Shown in pieces: positions 23,501 to 34,617 of a DNA stretch of 64,000 bases. The notes under the pieces were generated by a model. It did not search any database. It had not been told where the DNA came from and was given only the letters and a program-made list of their open reading frames with translations. Made by a program: the position numbers and the translations under genes. This DNA comes from Selaginella moellendorffii. Its lineage: Eukaryota > Plantae > Lycopodiophyta. Each line of letters begins with the position of its first letter. Within the stretch, counting starts at the first letter, position 1. Location: positions 88,407-152,406 of the forward strand of contig NW_003314283.1 in NCBI RefSeq assembly GCF_000143415.4, given 5' to 3'.

Positions 23501-24020
23501 CTACACCTCCAGTAGCACCATTATCAAATCTAGCCCCTAGCTCGAGCCTAACACCCTCGTCAAGCGCACTTGGGCACTGCTCCGTAATGTAGCTAGTTTC
23601 TGCCATATTTTGCGAATATGTTAAGAGTAGTGGCATTGTGGTTGTGACAACAATGGTAGTGATGACAATGGTTTCAATGGCACTGCTGGTGGTGATGATG
23701 TTGGCGGTGGTGGTGGTAATAATGGCAATGACAGTGGTGGTGGTAATAATGGTGATGACAGTGGTGGTAATGGTGGTGATGAAGGTAGAGGTGGCAATGG
23801 TGGTGAAGGTGGTGGCGGTGGTAATGGTGGTGGTGGCATCGATGGCGGTGGTGGCAAAAATGGGGGTGCATGTGGACTGAAGATATCTAGTTGCGAAGAT
23901 GGCAGAGTTCTCGCTGTGGAAATCTCTATCTGAATGTCAACTTGATTGTCATCCTGGATCTCGTCTTCCTGATGTCTTCTCTTTGATCCAACGTCCTTCT
24001 CCTTTTGTAGTTGTTTTCAT
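20543..24020 (-). pseudogene. Multi-exon gene: Pro-rich N-terminus + ParB/Srx-like domain + beta-class N4C/N6A DNA methyltransferase-like domain (decayed)
   Basis: Minus-strand reading gives GNHY*CAWMKCINE (23137-23145; ParB-like GNHRxxA) and LVIACHKIN followed by a gtaagt donor. It also gives NFMLFDMPDGL..VLS*NNL (21216-21227; motif IV-like) and SPLVMHVLLELYCPTRDVVIHCTAGSGLMVEVACDFGRSVFAIEE (20666-20680; SAM-binding motif I, cf. PGDxVLDPFxGSGTTxxAAxxxGRxxIGIE). Several in-frame stops. Confidence 0.75.
23630..23870. repeat. (GGT/GAT/AAT)n trinucleotide low-complexity tract, probably encoding a Pro-rich linker on the minus strand
   Basis: ggtggtggtaatggtggtgatg-type repeats. Confidence 0.85.
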
Positions 24021-24089
24021 TTCTGAAAATAAAAAAAACTCATTATAAATTGAAAATGCATAAGAAGTAAAAATGCATAAGAAGCAGGG

Positions 24090-24540
24090 ACTTTGGGGCA
24101 GGGAGTTGGTGCGGGCGTTAGTTCGCCAGCGAACTAGCCCACCCCCAAGCACCTTGGGCGGCCCGCGTGGAGTGCCCAGCCCGGGCACTTGGCATGGGTG
24201 CCGGTTCACCAGTGTACCAGCCCAGGCACTTTGCGCGGGCACTTGGAGCAGGCGCCGGTTCGCCGGCATACCGGCCTGCCATGGCCGGCCCAAGTGGAGT
24301 GCCTGGCTAAATGCCCGGCCCGGGCACTTGGCAGCGGCGGCGCTGGGCACAGCGGCGGTAGCGCTGGGCAGTGGCAGCACTGGGCGTGGCATGGGCGCGG
24401 CGGTGCTGGGCACGGCGCTGGGCACAGTAGCACTGGGCGTGGCATGGCGTGGGCGCGGCAGCGCTAGGCGTGGCATGGACGTGGCAGCGCTGGGTGCGGC
24501 ATGGGTGCAGCGGCACTGGGCGTGGCATGGGAGTGGAGGA
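24090..24540. repeat. GC-rich, CpG-rich island with degenerate GGCAC/GGCGT/GGCAT repeats
   Basis: gcactgggcgtggcatgg occurs three times between 24377 and 24530. CpG is abundant inside otherwise AT-rich, CpG-poor element DNA. Confidence 0.8.
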
Positions 24541-25485
24541 GTAAAAAACTTACTCTTGGCGGCATTCTATTCGACGCCGATGGATCTCACAGTCACTCCC
24601 AATCTCCCACTCTACTTTCTGTAAAACCTTAATGGCGGCAGCCGCCCTAACCCCAACCTAACTTTCATCACAACCATTCATCGTGGATGCATTAAATCTT
24701 TATTACATTCTGCAAATATTTGTTAGCAATGTACAATTTTTATTCCGTCATAGATTTGATCATGTGACAAAGTCCTTTTGAGTTATAATTTAATAATAGA
24801 GGTGTGCTCTAATATGACTATGCCCTAATGTGGAAATAATGTCACAGATGCATGTGTTGAATTGATCACAGTATGAAATTATAAATGAGAATTATATGTT
24901 TCTTGCAAGTTATAGCATCTTGTCAGAAAATATAAGATTATTAAATTGTAAGGTGTTATTTCCAAAGCAATGTATATAGATAATTTACTATAGGTGATAG
25001 ATGGTAGTACAAAGATGGAATATATTTAAATAAGTTTAGAAGAATGTGATGATTTCTAGCTTTAATGAAGTACTGAAAATATATATAATATTTAATTTGT
25101 TTGGCAACAGTTGGTTGATGGTAGATCCTAGAATAAAATTATTCCTATCTTTCATATTATGGCACATGCTTGAAATGATATTTCTTTCCGTTCTACCAAA
25201 AGTTAGTCCATATAATAAATTTGAGCATGTTTTTGAATTCAATGTATACAGACTTTTAATATTATACAACATAGTCCTTTATACTTCATATAAAATTTAT
25301 TATAACAATATTATTTGATGTTAGATCCTAGAATAAAATCACCTTTTCTTTTTACATAATGGCATAGCATATGTTTGAGGTGACATTTCTTTATAAAAGT
25401 TCAAAGTTCCAAAACTTAAAGGCAACAAAATGGAGAGCTCCCTTTTGCATTACCAAGATCACCCACTGTTTTCTTTCTCCCAAAG

Positions 25486-27069
25486 TGTAGCACATGTGGT
25501 TTTGACCCTTTATCCTATGGTGATTTACCATAAGATAATACCACGAAGCGGAACCTAAACCCTCTTTATGCCACGTGACAGATGCCACGTGTCACATGCC
25601 ACGTGTCCATAGGAACCCGAGGTTCAGAGCCTTGGACCACTGAATGAAGGAATGATGCCAAACTCCCAAGCGTGAAGCCAAAGAGTGGTGGAACCGAACC
25701 ACAGAGCAACTCTCGAGCATATAGCCTAAAGAGCGAAGGAACAGGAGCCCGGAGCGACTTGGAACAGTCCTAGAGTAACCAGCGTCCCAATGCCAGAACT
25801 AACACGCAAAACGGAGCCAAACAGAATCTGGCGCTATTTCGGCATACCGGTGGCCTAACACAAGGATATAGGTACTCCACCAGCTAGCATGGAATGGAAC
25901 TTGGGCTTAGACTCAAGCCGGACGCAGAACAAGGACAGGCACGCAAGCGGGAGCTAAACTATGCCTCAAGTTGGTCGGCCATGCCCGACCTACCCACTAT
26001 CCCTACTATACATTTGAAACCCCCCACAGCCACATGTCTATGCCACGTGTCCATAGGAACCCGAGGTTCAGGGTCTTGGGCCACTGAACGAAGGAACGGT
26101 GCCAAACTCCCAAGCGTGAAGCCAAAGAGTGGTGGAACCGAACCACGGAGCAACTCCCGAGCATATAGCCTAAAGAGCAAAGGAACAGGAGCCCGGAGTG
26201 ACTTGGAACAGTCCTAGAGTAACCAGCATCCCAATGCCAGGATTAGCACGCAAAACGGAGCTAAACAGAGTCTGGCGCTATTTCGGCATACCGGTGGCCT
26301 AACACGAGGACATAGGTACTCCATCAGCTAGCATGGAATGGAACTTGGGCTTAGACCCAAGCCGGACGCAGAACAAGGACAGGTATGCAAGCGAGAGCTA
26401 AACTATGCCTCAGGTTGGTCAACCATGCCTGACCTACCCACTATCCCTACTATATATTTGGAACCCCCTACAGCCTCCCCTGCCCCCTTGAGGAACACAC
26501 GCTTTGGGCTTTCACCCCAAGCCTCCCTTAGTATCAGGAGTTAGTCTCTGGGATAAGTTTGAAACTTACTAAATATGGAATGGCGCTAGATTGCGAATTT
26601 GGACATGGGACAAACACCATTGTGTTCAAGCCAATCTCTACATTCCGTAAATATGCCAATTGAGCAAATCTGGACACTTTCCATAAATAGCATTTGGGAC
26701 CGAAATGAAACTAACACAAAAGGCATGATAGCGAGGGTGTTTGGTAGACACGGTAAGCTATCATCTAGCGATATTGAGGGACCAAACTCAATATCACGGG
26801 AGTTCCTAACACTAGTAAGTGCAAGCCAACATCATGAATTTCTCATCACTGTGTCAAGTCCGCTTGACTAAATGACAACTTAGGATTTCCTTCCTTAGTG
26901 CCCTTCCGGTCTAAGTGCACATGTGATGACCAGTTTCTCAACTAGCTTAGGCGGAGACTAATAACAAGTCCAGCAATACCGACCTCCTACCATCATGGCA
27001 ATAAGGTAAGAGTGTCCGTAAGGACTAGCCGATAGGTAACTTTCAATACCTGAAGTCACATTTGCGACA
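25486..27069. mobile_element. Solo LTR (family B) inserted in the DNA transposon, with an internal 444-bp tandem duplication
   Basis: TGTAGC...TGCGACA termini; CAAAG TSD at 25481-25485 and 27070-27074; duplicated units ~25586-26029 and ~26030-26473; homologous to 58372-59519. Confidence 0.9.
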
Positions 27070-27349
27070 CAAAGTCTTATTTCAAAAAGTTTTCTCTATA
27101 GACGTTTCGATCTTTCTCTCGGTTTTATTTCATTGGAGGCTGTGATTCGCAACAACAATGGTGTAGTTGAACGATCGGAGTTTCTTCTTTGGGTGTAGGT
27201 GAAGGTGGACAACATTGGGATTTGCAACATTCCAAGTCGAAGGAGATTCAAGTTTTTGGATCTCCAATCAAAGTGTGAGGCTATGATCTTACCAAAGTGA
27301 ATGTAAAGAAAGAGTTAGTCGTCATCATTTCCTCCTTTTTTAGTTCTAG

Positions 27350-30316
27350 TGGAGATGTTAGTCCAGTGCGAGCCAAGAATTTCCAAACTCGAACTTCACC
27401 AATATTCAAAGCTATTTGCAACGCTTTCTAGTTTTCCCCCCTCTCTATCGACGTGCGTTCCTTTCTACATAGGCCCGTTAGCGAGCTCCCATTTACATTC
27501 AATGGCAATATCTTCTTTGAACTACCACCTCTTGTCAACTCAAAACGAAAGGGGATGGAGACCAAATAGGACATTCACAACTAGTGCAAGATCAAGACCA
27601 TACATTTCCAACATTTCGAAGGCATAGTGTCCATGGTTCATTATGGTAGGTATTTGGATTGTGTGAATAAAGCATGCAATAGAGAGCGTGGTAAAAACTC
27701 CACATATTTTGAAAGATTTGCAACTAATCCTCCCATCTGTGACACCATTGGTGTTGGATTCAAGTGTCGGTTTTGCAAAAATGCTCCATTGTGTCATGCC
27801 ATTTGCGGGGCCAAGATGTACTATTTTCTTCCATAGGATGGAGAGGTTGGTAAAGCTGCAATATATATTGGCACACACACACATCCAATGCAGAAAGGGA
27901 TATAAAGGAGTTCAGTCAACTATTTCAAAGATGCAGTGCATATAAAGACTGTGAGAAACTCATTTGCAACTCCGAAGCATGTTCAAAAGACAGTTCTCAA
28001 GGATTTTATCGCAAACACTTTACTTGATCTAGATTACAAGAATACTCAACTGGATGAGGCTAGCTTGCGGGAGTTACTATGACATGTGCAACCTGCAACT
28101 AGCCTTAGGAGGTATGAAAATATTATTACATACTTTTCAATAATATCTCTCTTATATTTTGTTTTATTTAGGATAAAGTCTTGGATGTGTGAATCTCAAG
28201 AGGGGAAACTCTAATAAAAAATCGACTTAATCCTTGAACTAAAATAGACTTGTCCCTACAAGTTTATCCATGAGAGTTTATTTCCAAATCAAGTCATTAC
28301 CCCTTCATTTTCAAAATGTCTACCATGGGCCTTGCTTTTAGTATGGATCTTGTTTCCCGAATGGATATGTCTAAGTCAAGTGACCTTGTTAATGCATGGT
28401 ACATTTTGACCATATGGAGCGGGTGGCAAGTTGGACAACCATGGGAGCTCATGTATATGATTTGAGGTAGTTTTTTTTCTCATTATCTTAAAATGGTTTT
28501 AAGCATTGCCCTTTTCACAGACTACATTGTAACTTGACAATTGCAACAGTAGAGTTTAAAGTACAAGACTAGATGGCTCAAGAAATATTTTGGAAGTCCC
28601 TCTCCAACATTGTATTGAAGCGGACTGGTAAACCTACCAACTTTTGTGGTTTCATGGCAGATGGGGCTAAGGCTAATTGGAATAGTGTCTGAGCAGTCTT
28701 TGGGAATGGTCAACCTGTAGAAGGTCCTGAGAGGACTTGTAAGTTCCATTGGGCTCAAAGCCTAAACCAACACTGCCACCTTATCAAGCCAAATTTTCAA
28801 TTAACATTTAAGGAGTTGTGTAAACAATGGCAGGCTACATCTTCTGAAGAAGAGTATGAGGCAAAAGCAAATGAGATCCAAATGTGGTGGCGTGAAAATG
28901 GTCATACTGATGTAAGTTGTCTACCACAACTTGAGTCGTGGTTGGGGTGGTGGGAAGCTAAAATGTTCCAATGGGGACATCACTTTTTTCAGGTTGGTTT
29001 TTCTTTTTTTCTACTTTTTAATATCATCTTTTTATAAGGATCAACCACTTGAGGATCTTGCATACACCCAAACTGTGAATCTCTCAGAGAGTAAACATTG
29101 GAGTTAGCATTCCTCTAAGGCAGGGATAGGAAAGATGAGTCTATATGAAGCATGTCTATCAGATTTGATACACGCTGTAGAGTAGTCTTCAAAAGCCTTG
29201 GAATTTGAGGAAGGAAGATACATGGGAACAGGACCTTCGGTTGAGATGTTACACGATTGGATGAAGAAGAAAGTGACTCCACCAGCACGAACAGTGGCAA
29301 CTGCAATGGAGGAAGTGGTCTGCAGCACATCTATAAAGTACACTCCCCAGGCTTTTATTGGTGATATGAAGACCGTCTGCTCAAAGCATCGTTTTTCCTT
29401 TGCTGGTGAAGATGTTGATACGAATCTTGGAGCAAAAAAACTCTCACAGGCGTAATATTGAGTATCATTCTACTCCAAGACATCACCCCCGAACTAAGCC
29501 ACCTCAAGTGGCTAATGAAGAAAATGCATCACAGCAGGTTGAAATTGTTTATCATAGCGTGGAGCCGAAGCAATGGGCAATCCGTCGAGTGCCAGAAAAA
29601 TCAAATGTAAAGTATGTGAGATGCTTTCAAGGGGCAATTGTTGGGTTTGGATCCATGGTGACAAGTCTGCTTCTGTTCCAGCCCCATGTTTCCATGGGGA
29701 ACAAAAGCAAGTAGGATTTTCAAGATGGTGTTGGCTATATTGTTGCAACACTGATGTCAACCATATAAAGCAGCTTGAAGACATTATATTGACTAAACTT
29801 GATGTAATACCTAAAGAATGGCTAGTTGCTAATGGGGTTGCGCTCACCTCGAATGAGATTGAAAACCTTGAGAAATCTGGTTTCAATCTTGAAAGGAAAG
29901 TTGGAGACATGAGTGATAAAACCAGGACTATTCCTACAAAGATGCATTGAAGGCCAGCAAAAAAAGGTAAAGCAGTTAAATTTATTGCTACCGTCTCCAA
30001 GCAGAAGTAAGGTAAAATAAACTTGGCTCAAACACTTGAGTGTGAGATTTTCTCCATGAAGTACATCACAGCGCTTGCAAAGGAGTACATAGTCAAAACA
30101 AAAGGTAGAGAATACACAATTGCTATTCAAAACTTTCCTTTTTACACATGTTCAAACTTTATGAAGCACAAGGAACATGGGAAGGCATATGCTCCTTACA
30201 AGCATATAAACTTTATCTTCATCAACATCTTGCACTAGGATCCTAAAGTGGATATTCATATACACCAAGCAAACTTTACTATTGCCGAGTTGCAGAAAAC
30301 TTTTGGAGCTAATTAG
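27350..30316 (+). pseudogene. Mutator-like DDE transposase with N-terminal Cys/His DNA-binding domain and C-terminal SWIM finger (multi-exon, decayed)
   Basis: CVNKAC...CRFC...C...YIGTHTHP; FDHMERVASWTTMGAHVYD (~28405); GFMADGAKANWN (~28648); ERTCKFHW (CxxH, ~28730); TVNLSESKH (~29072); SWIM-like YTIAIQNFPFYTCSNF...YKHINFIF (~30110-30220). GT-AG introns and premature stops. Confidence 0.85.
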
Positions 30317-30881
30317 ATTTTCTAGCACTATTGATGTTTATTCTCTATCAATAATATAAACTAATTATACCTTATATAATTAATAAAAATATTTTATTAT
30401 TTCACTTTTCATTTCATATACTTACGAGTGTTTTTTTTGCAATATTTCCCATAGTATTCGTGAGTCTCCATTTTTGTCTTTACTATCTCAAAAAATATTT
30501 CATAATAGTCTTTCGGGTGTGTGATGTTGCAATGTGTTGTGAGAGCATATATACTATCATAATTGTTTTTTTTTCCTTTCAAATGGTTATATGGCCTTAT
30601 ATAGAATCTTAATTAATTTTAAAATTTTAACAAACCTGATATTTACTAGCTAGAAAACACAAAGTACAAATTTAAAAAAGTGACAAGAATACTCTTTTTG
30701 CAAATATTTTATTTTATGTTCTAACAAACGTTGCATGTAGTAAATATTAAATTATTAGAACAAGAAGTGTCCTTTAGAACATTTTTATTTAATATAATAT
30801 ATAAAGAGTTATGAAATTATTAGGTTCGCCATAACCTTAAAATTTTAAAGTTTATAATGTTTGTACTAAATTATAATTGAA

Positions 30882-30946
30882 AATTGAGCTCAACTCGTGA
30901 GCTCAACTCTTCAGCTCATGAGCTCAAGTATGGTCCACGCTCCTCA
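30882..30946 (-). repeat. Right terminal inverted repeat
   Basis: Reverse complement of the left TIR, followed by CTCAC. Confidence 0.8.
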
Positions 30947-31192
30947 CTCACAAGCCCAAGCATAAACTTGTGCAAATGAAACATCTTATATCCATCGTAT
31001 GAGCCCAAGTGAAAGCTCATACAACTTAATATGAAAAGGTAGTCAAAATTTATACCCAAGAAACACATATGAAGCCATTGCGACCAAACACATACCAACT
31101 CAAATCATCATTTTCATCTCTATGTATGCAACAAAATTAATTGCTCAATCTCATTGAATAGTACTTGTTGAGACATATTCTCTTATATTAAA

Positions 31193-31345
31193 TGTAGCAC
31201 ACCTTATATCTCCATTAAGCCAATTAAAAAATGGGTAATTGCTTGATAAAATAATTTTTAATGATTTTTCTATCCCTTGAAGTTTCAAAGATCTACAATG
31301 ATAGTATATTTAAATTTTATCTCATGATCATATACATTGCACTAT
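31193..31345 (-). repeat. Short dispersed repeat (possible TRIM LTR); + strand copies at ~41930-42100 and ~42415-42580
   Basis: The reverse complement shares atatagtg...tgatcatg(a/g)gat...atcaagcaatt(a/g)ccc...aattggcttaa...ctaca with 42417-42578. Confidence 0.55.
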
Positions 31346-32281
31346 ATTTGGCATAAAAGTCATGTATTTATCATCTCTTTATCATTACTAATGAGGAGAT
31401 TCACCACTATTGGCCATGGTGGGAATTAACCTCATCCTCTACTTATGGGATTTAAATTTAATACTTATTACTATATACAGGGCATCTAAAATTAACATTG
31501 ACCCATAAAAATTTCTTAATTAGTTTGAGGTCAGAGATTTTCAAATCCCTTATAAATGAGTACTTTATATTAGCTTCCCAATGATGAAAACCAATATATA
31601 AATTTACAAAACAGTTAGTTGTTGCTATAAGAAAAAACTTTGGAAAACTCCCATTTACTTAATGTACTGATTAAGAAAATCACTAAGGCCTAGTAGCTAG
31701 AAAGATTGGAATAAAGGTCCTAGGACTGAACAGAATGTTTCTTCTGCAGAAAAGCACAATATAAATTCACACAACATATCATCAAAGCACATCTATATCA
31801 ACCATTCCTTGGCACTTGCATTCTGCTGCAAAAACAAAATATTAGCAGACACCTCCATCGATCATTTTTTCTAAAACCATATACTTGCTTGGTACCGGAA
31901 TAAGAGCCAGTTTGTCACGCTACAAAAGAGCATAGGACAGAAAAGAATAGTAGTAAATCGTAGCAAAGTAAACCTTCTAAAATATGTTGTACCAAGAGGC
32001 AGCTTCTTGCCTTTTGTGACCCTTCACCTATCCGCCTTTGGCACACTCAGCTTGGGCATGTCAACGAGCTTGTAGTCAGCCTTTTGTGAGAGTGACAATG
32101 AAAGTCCCAATCCTATGCAGATACAGGAAAGTCAGATTATAGACGAGGCAAACCTCGGATAGATAGACCACCTTTCGGTGCCTGGAACAGCAGCCGCCGG
32201 GCATCAATCCCAGTGCCTCTTGCATGCTAACCATCTGAGCTGAGTTTTATATCTATACTAATTAGGGTTTATGGATTAGGT

Positions 32282-34412
32282 ATGTCGCCTCTCTGCAGAA
32301 GGAAGCTCCGGCTGCCGATCGCGCGGTTGCGGCCCCTGGATTTCATCTTCAAGGCGGACAGGGACGATTCTGATGGCGGCATTTCTCTTGCTCCGGCCGG
32401 CGCGAGGACGCATATGGGCCACGCGCATCATCATCACCACAAGGGCGCGGCTGTGGGCGATGCCAGAAGCAAAGCAGGGGAGCACATTGCTCGAATTGGC
32501 CTGTTAGCTGATTCCTCCCTCGCAGTGCTCAAGGGCTCCGCTGGATATCTCTCTGGAAGCACTGCGCTTGTGGCCGATGCCGCGCATTCCTTCTCGGACA
32601 TTGTTAGTATAGATCTCCTGTTTTTTTTCTAGAATCGTTCTAAAGTTTTCTAACAGGTTCTCAGCGCTGTGGCGCTACTGTCCATAAAAGCTGGAAGAAT
32701 TCCCAGAGACAAGGAGCATCCTTACGGTACGTTCTTGTGCTTAGAATTTCATACTCTTGTGTTCTTCTTCTTTTCCTTTTTTCTTCTTCTTTGTTCTCCT
32801 TTATTCGTGACTCTCCAGCATGCAGGTCATGGAAAATTTGAGACGCTTGGTGCGCTGGGAATCTCTGGGATGCTTCTTCTCACCGGTTGTGGCATTGCTT
32901 GGCATGCAGTCGAAGTGATACAGGTTTTTCTTTTCTTTCTTCCATCGATAAGTTTAGAGGTTTGACACTTTCTTCTTTTCTTGTCAAGTCTGTTCTGTCC
33001 ACTGCTGATATGACCACCGGTTTGGACTTTTTGAGCAAGAATTCTTCCGATCACCATGAGGACGATCACGGTTCCTCTGGCCATCACCACCACGGACTGG
33101 ACTCGGAGCACTTGCAACTGGCTTTGAGTGCTGCTGTGACGTCAATCGGTGTGAAAGAAGGGTTAGTTCGCTACTACCCTCTCCGTCTTTTTTTTCCTAA
33201 CGATGGTTTTCTCTTGTAGACTCTACTGGGCAACTAAAAGAGTTGGCGAGACTCAAGGGAGTCAACTTCTAAAAGCCAATGCTTGGCACCACCGAAGTGA
33301 CGCGATCTCGTCCATTGTTGCTCTCATAGGAGTCGGTAAATCTCTATAGTTTCTTAAGGAAGTGTCTCTTGATGGTATGGTTTATGTCAGGTGGAACTAT
33401 GATTGGAGTACCATGGCTGGATCCTGCTGCCGGGATAGTTGTCTCCGGTATGATCGTGAAAGCTGGAATCGGAACTGGATATCACAGGTGACGATAGAAT
33501 TGAGAATTACCCTTCAAGAATTATTCTTCTGAATAAGTCTTCTTTTTTCCTAGTCTCCAGGAACTAGTGGATAAAGGAGTTTCAGAGTCAGTTCTGGCAC
33601 CCATTCGAGAAAGCGTGTTGCAAGTCGAGGGCGTCCAGGTACGTGAACATTTGGGAAAGAAATAGCCAAAGGTCTATCTTGAGGTTCCAGAACTGCCATG
33701 ATCTAAGAGGGCGACGTGCCGGTTCTTATGTCTACATTGATGCTCACATTGAGGTAAGCTGAATACAAATCTTAAACTTTTAGTGAGTGACAAACGGACT
33801 AACAGGTAGACCCTTGGCTAAGTGTCAGTGCAGCACACAACATTGGTGAAGCCGTGCGGCGTCGTATCCACGAGTATCATCCGGAGGTCGCAGAGAGTTA
33901 CGTCCACATTGGTAAGATTTTCTATTCACTTTTACTAAGATTTCTCACAAGTTCGTATTTTGTAGATCCTGCAAAAGACTGGAAAGTGGATGAAGCTGAA
34001 GATGAAGAAGCTGCCTCGGCTCAAGAAACGTCGACGGTAGCAGAGAGCGATGCAAATGATAAATGCTCACGTTTGCAGCCATCTGTGGAGAAAGACATAC
34101 GTAATGTCTTGTCATCCAAGTTTCAGGTAAGGGTTTTCTTTTTTATCCTCGCTGAGCTTTATATGAATCGTGAAGGATGTGACCCTCAAACATGTTACTT
34201 GCCATTTTCTCAAAGGGAGAGTGGTGGCACAGGTGGAAGTCTCCATGACACCCGATATGCTCATCAGGCAAGTAAAAGCTTGATTTTGTGACTGAGTTTG
34301 TTCTTGGATATGTAGGGATGCTGTCCAGAGAGCCAAAGACATCGAGCACGAGATCGTGTCTCAAGTTCCGGACGTGTCAACAGTGAAAATGCAACTGACG
34401 CTTAAAGACTGA
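32282..34412 (+). CDS. MTP6: Metal tolerance protein / cation diffusion facilitator (MTP6/MTPc1-like), ~12 exons
   Basis: SGSTALVADAAHSFSD, PRDKEHPYGHGKFETLGALGIS, His-rich loops, ANAWHHRSDAISSIVALIGVGG, LDPAAGIVVS, LRGRRAGS..IDAHIEVDPWLSVSAAHNIGE. Short introns; stop at 34410-34412. Confidence 0.92.
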
Positions 34413-34617
34413 ATAAGCATGCATCTCTATTTTGTTGATCAAAACTTGTGTTTCTAGATAGTGGAATTTGCGAGGAAAGGCTGTATGGATCCTTACAAGT
34501 GGTCTTGCAAATGCGTGTTTAGAGCTCTTGGTATACCTTGTCCCACCTAAGCAAGCAACGAATCCACTTTTCCACGTAGAATAAGGCGTGTTTTAAAGCT
34601 CTATCAGTGCGCTGGCT

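Larger units (their letters stand above)
18114..30946. mobile_element. Large Mutator-like (MULE/SWIM) DNA transposon with cargo genes, decayed
   Basis: Left end TTAGGGGATGGTCCAAAGTTGAG...GCTCACGAGTTGAGCTCAATT is an imperfect inverted match to the right end (reverse complement TGAGGAGCGTGGACCATACTTGAG...GCTCACGAGTTGAGCTCAATT). CTCAC flanks both ends (18109-18113, 30947-30951). The interval contains a DDE/SWIM transposase. Confidence 0.8.

Noticed and set aside
23674-23871. Poly-His metal-binding peptide
   Set aside because: One of several frames through a trinucleotide tract; the Pro-rich frame leading into the ParB-MTase gene is more plausible.
23949-24624. Overlapping 175-183 aa Ala/Gly/Pro-rich ORFs
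   Set aside because: Expected from high GC content and repeats; no domain signal.
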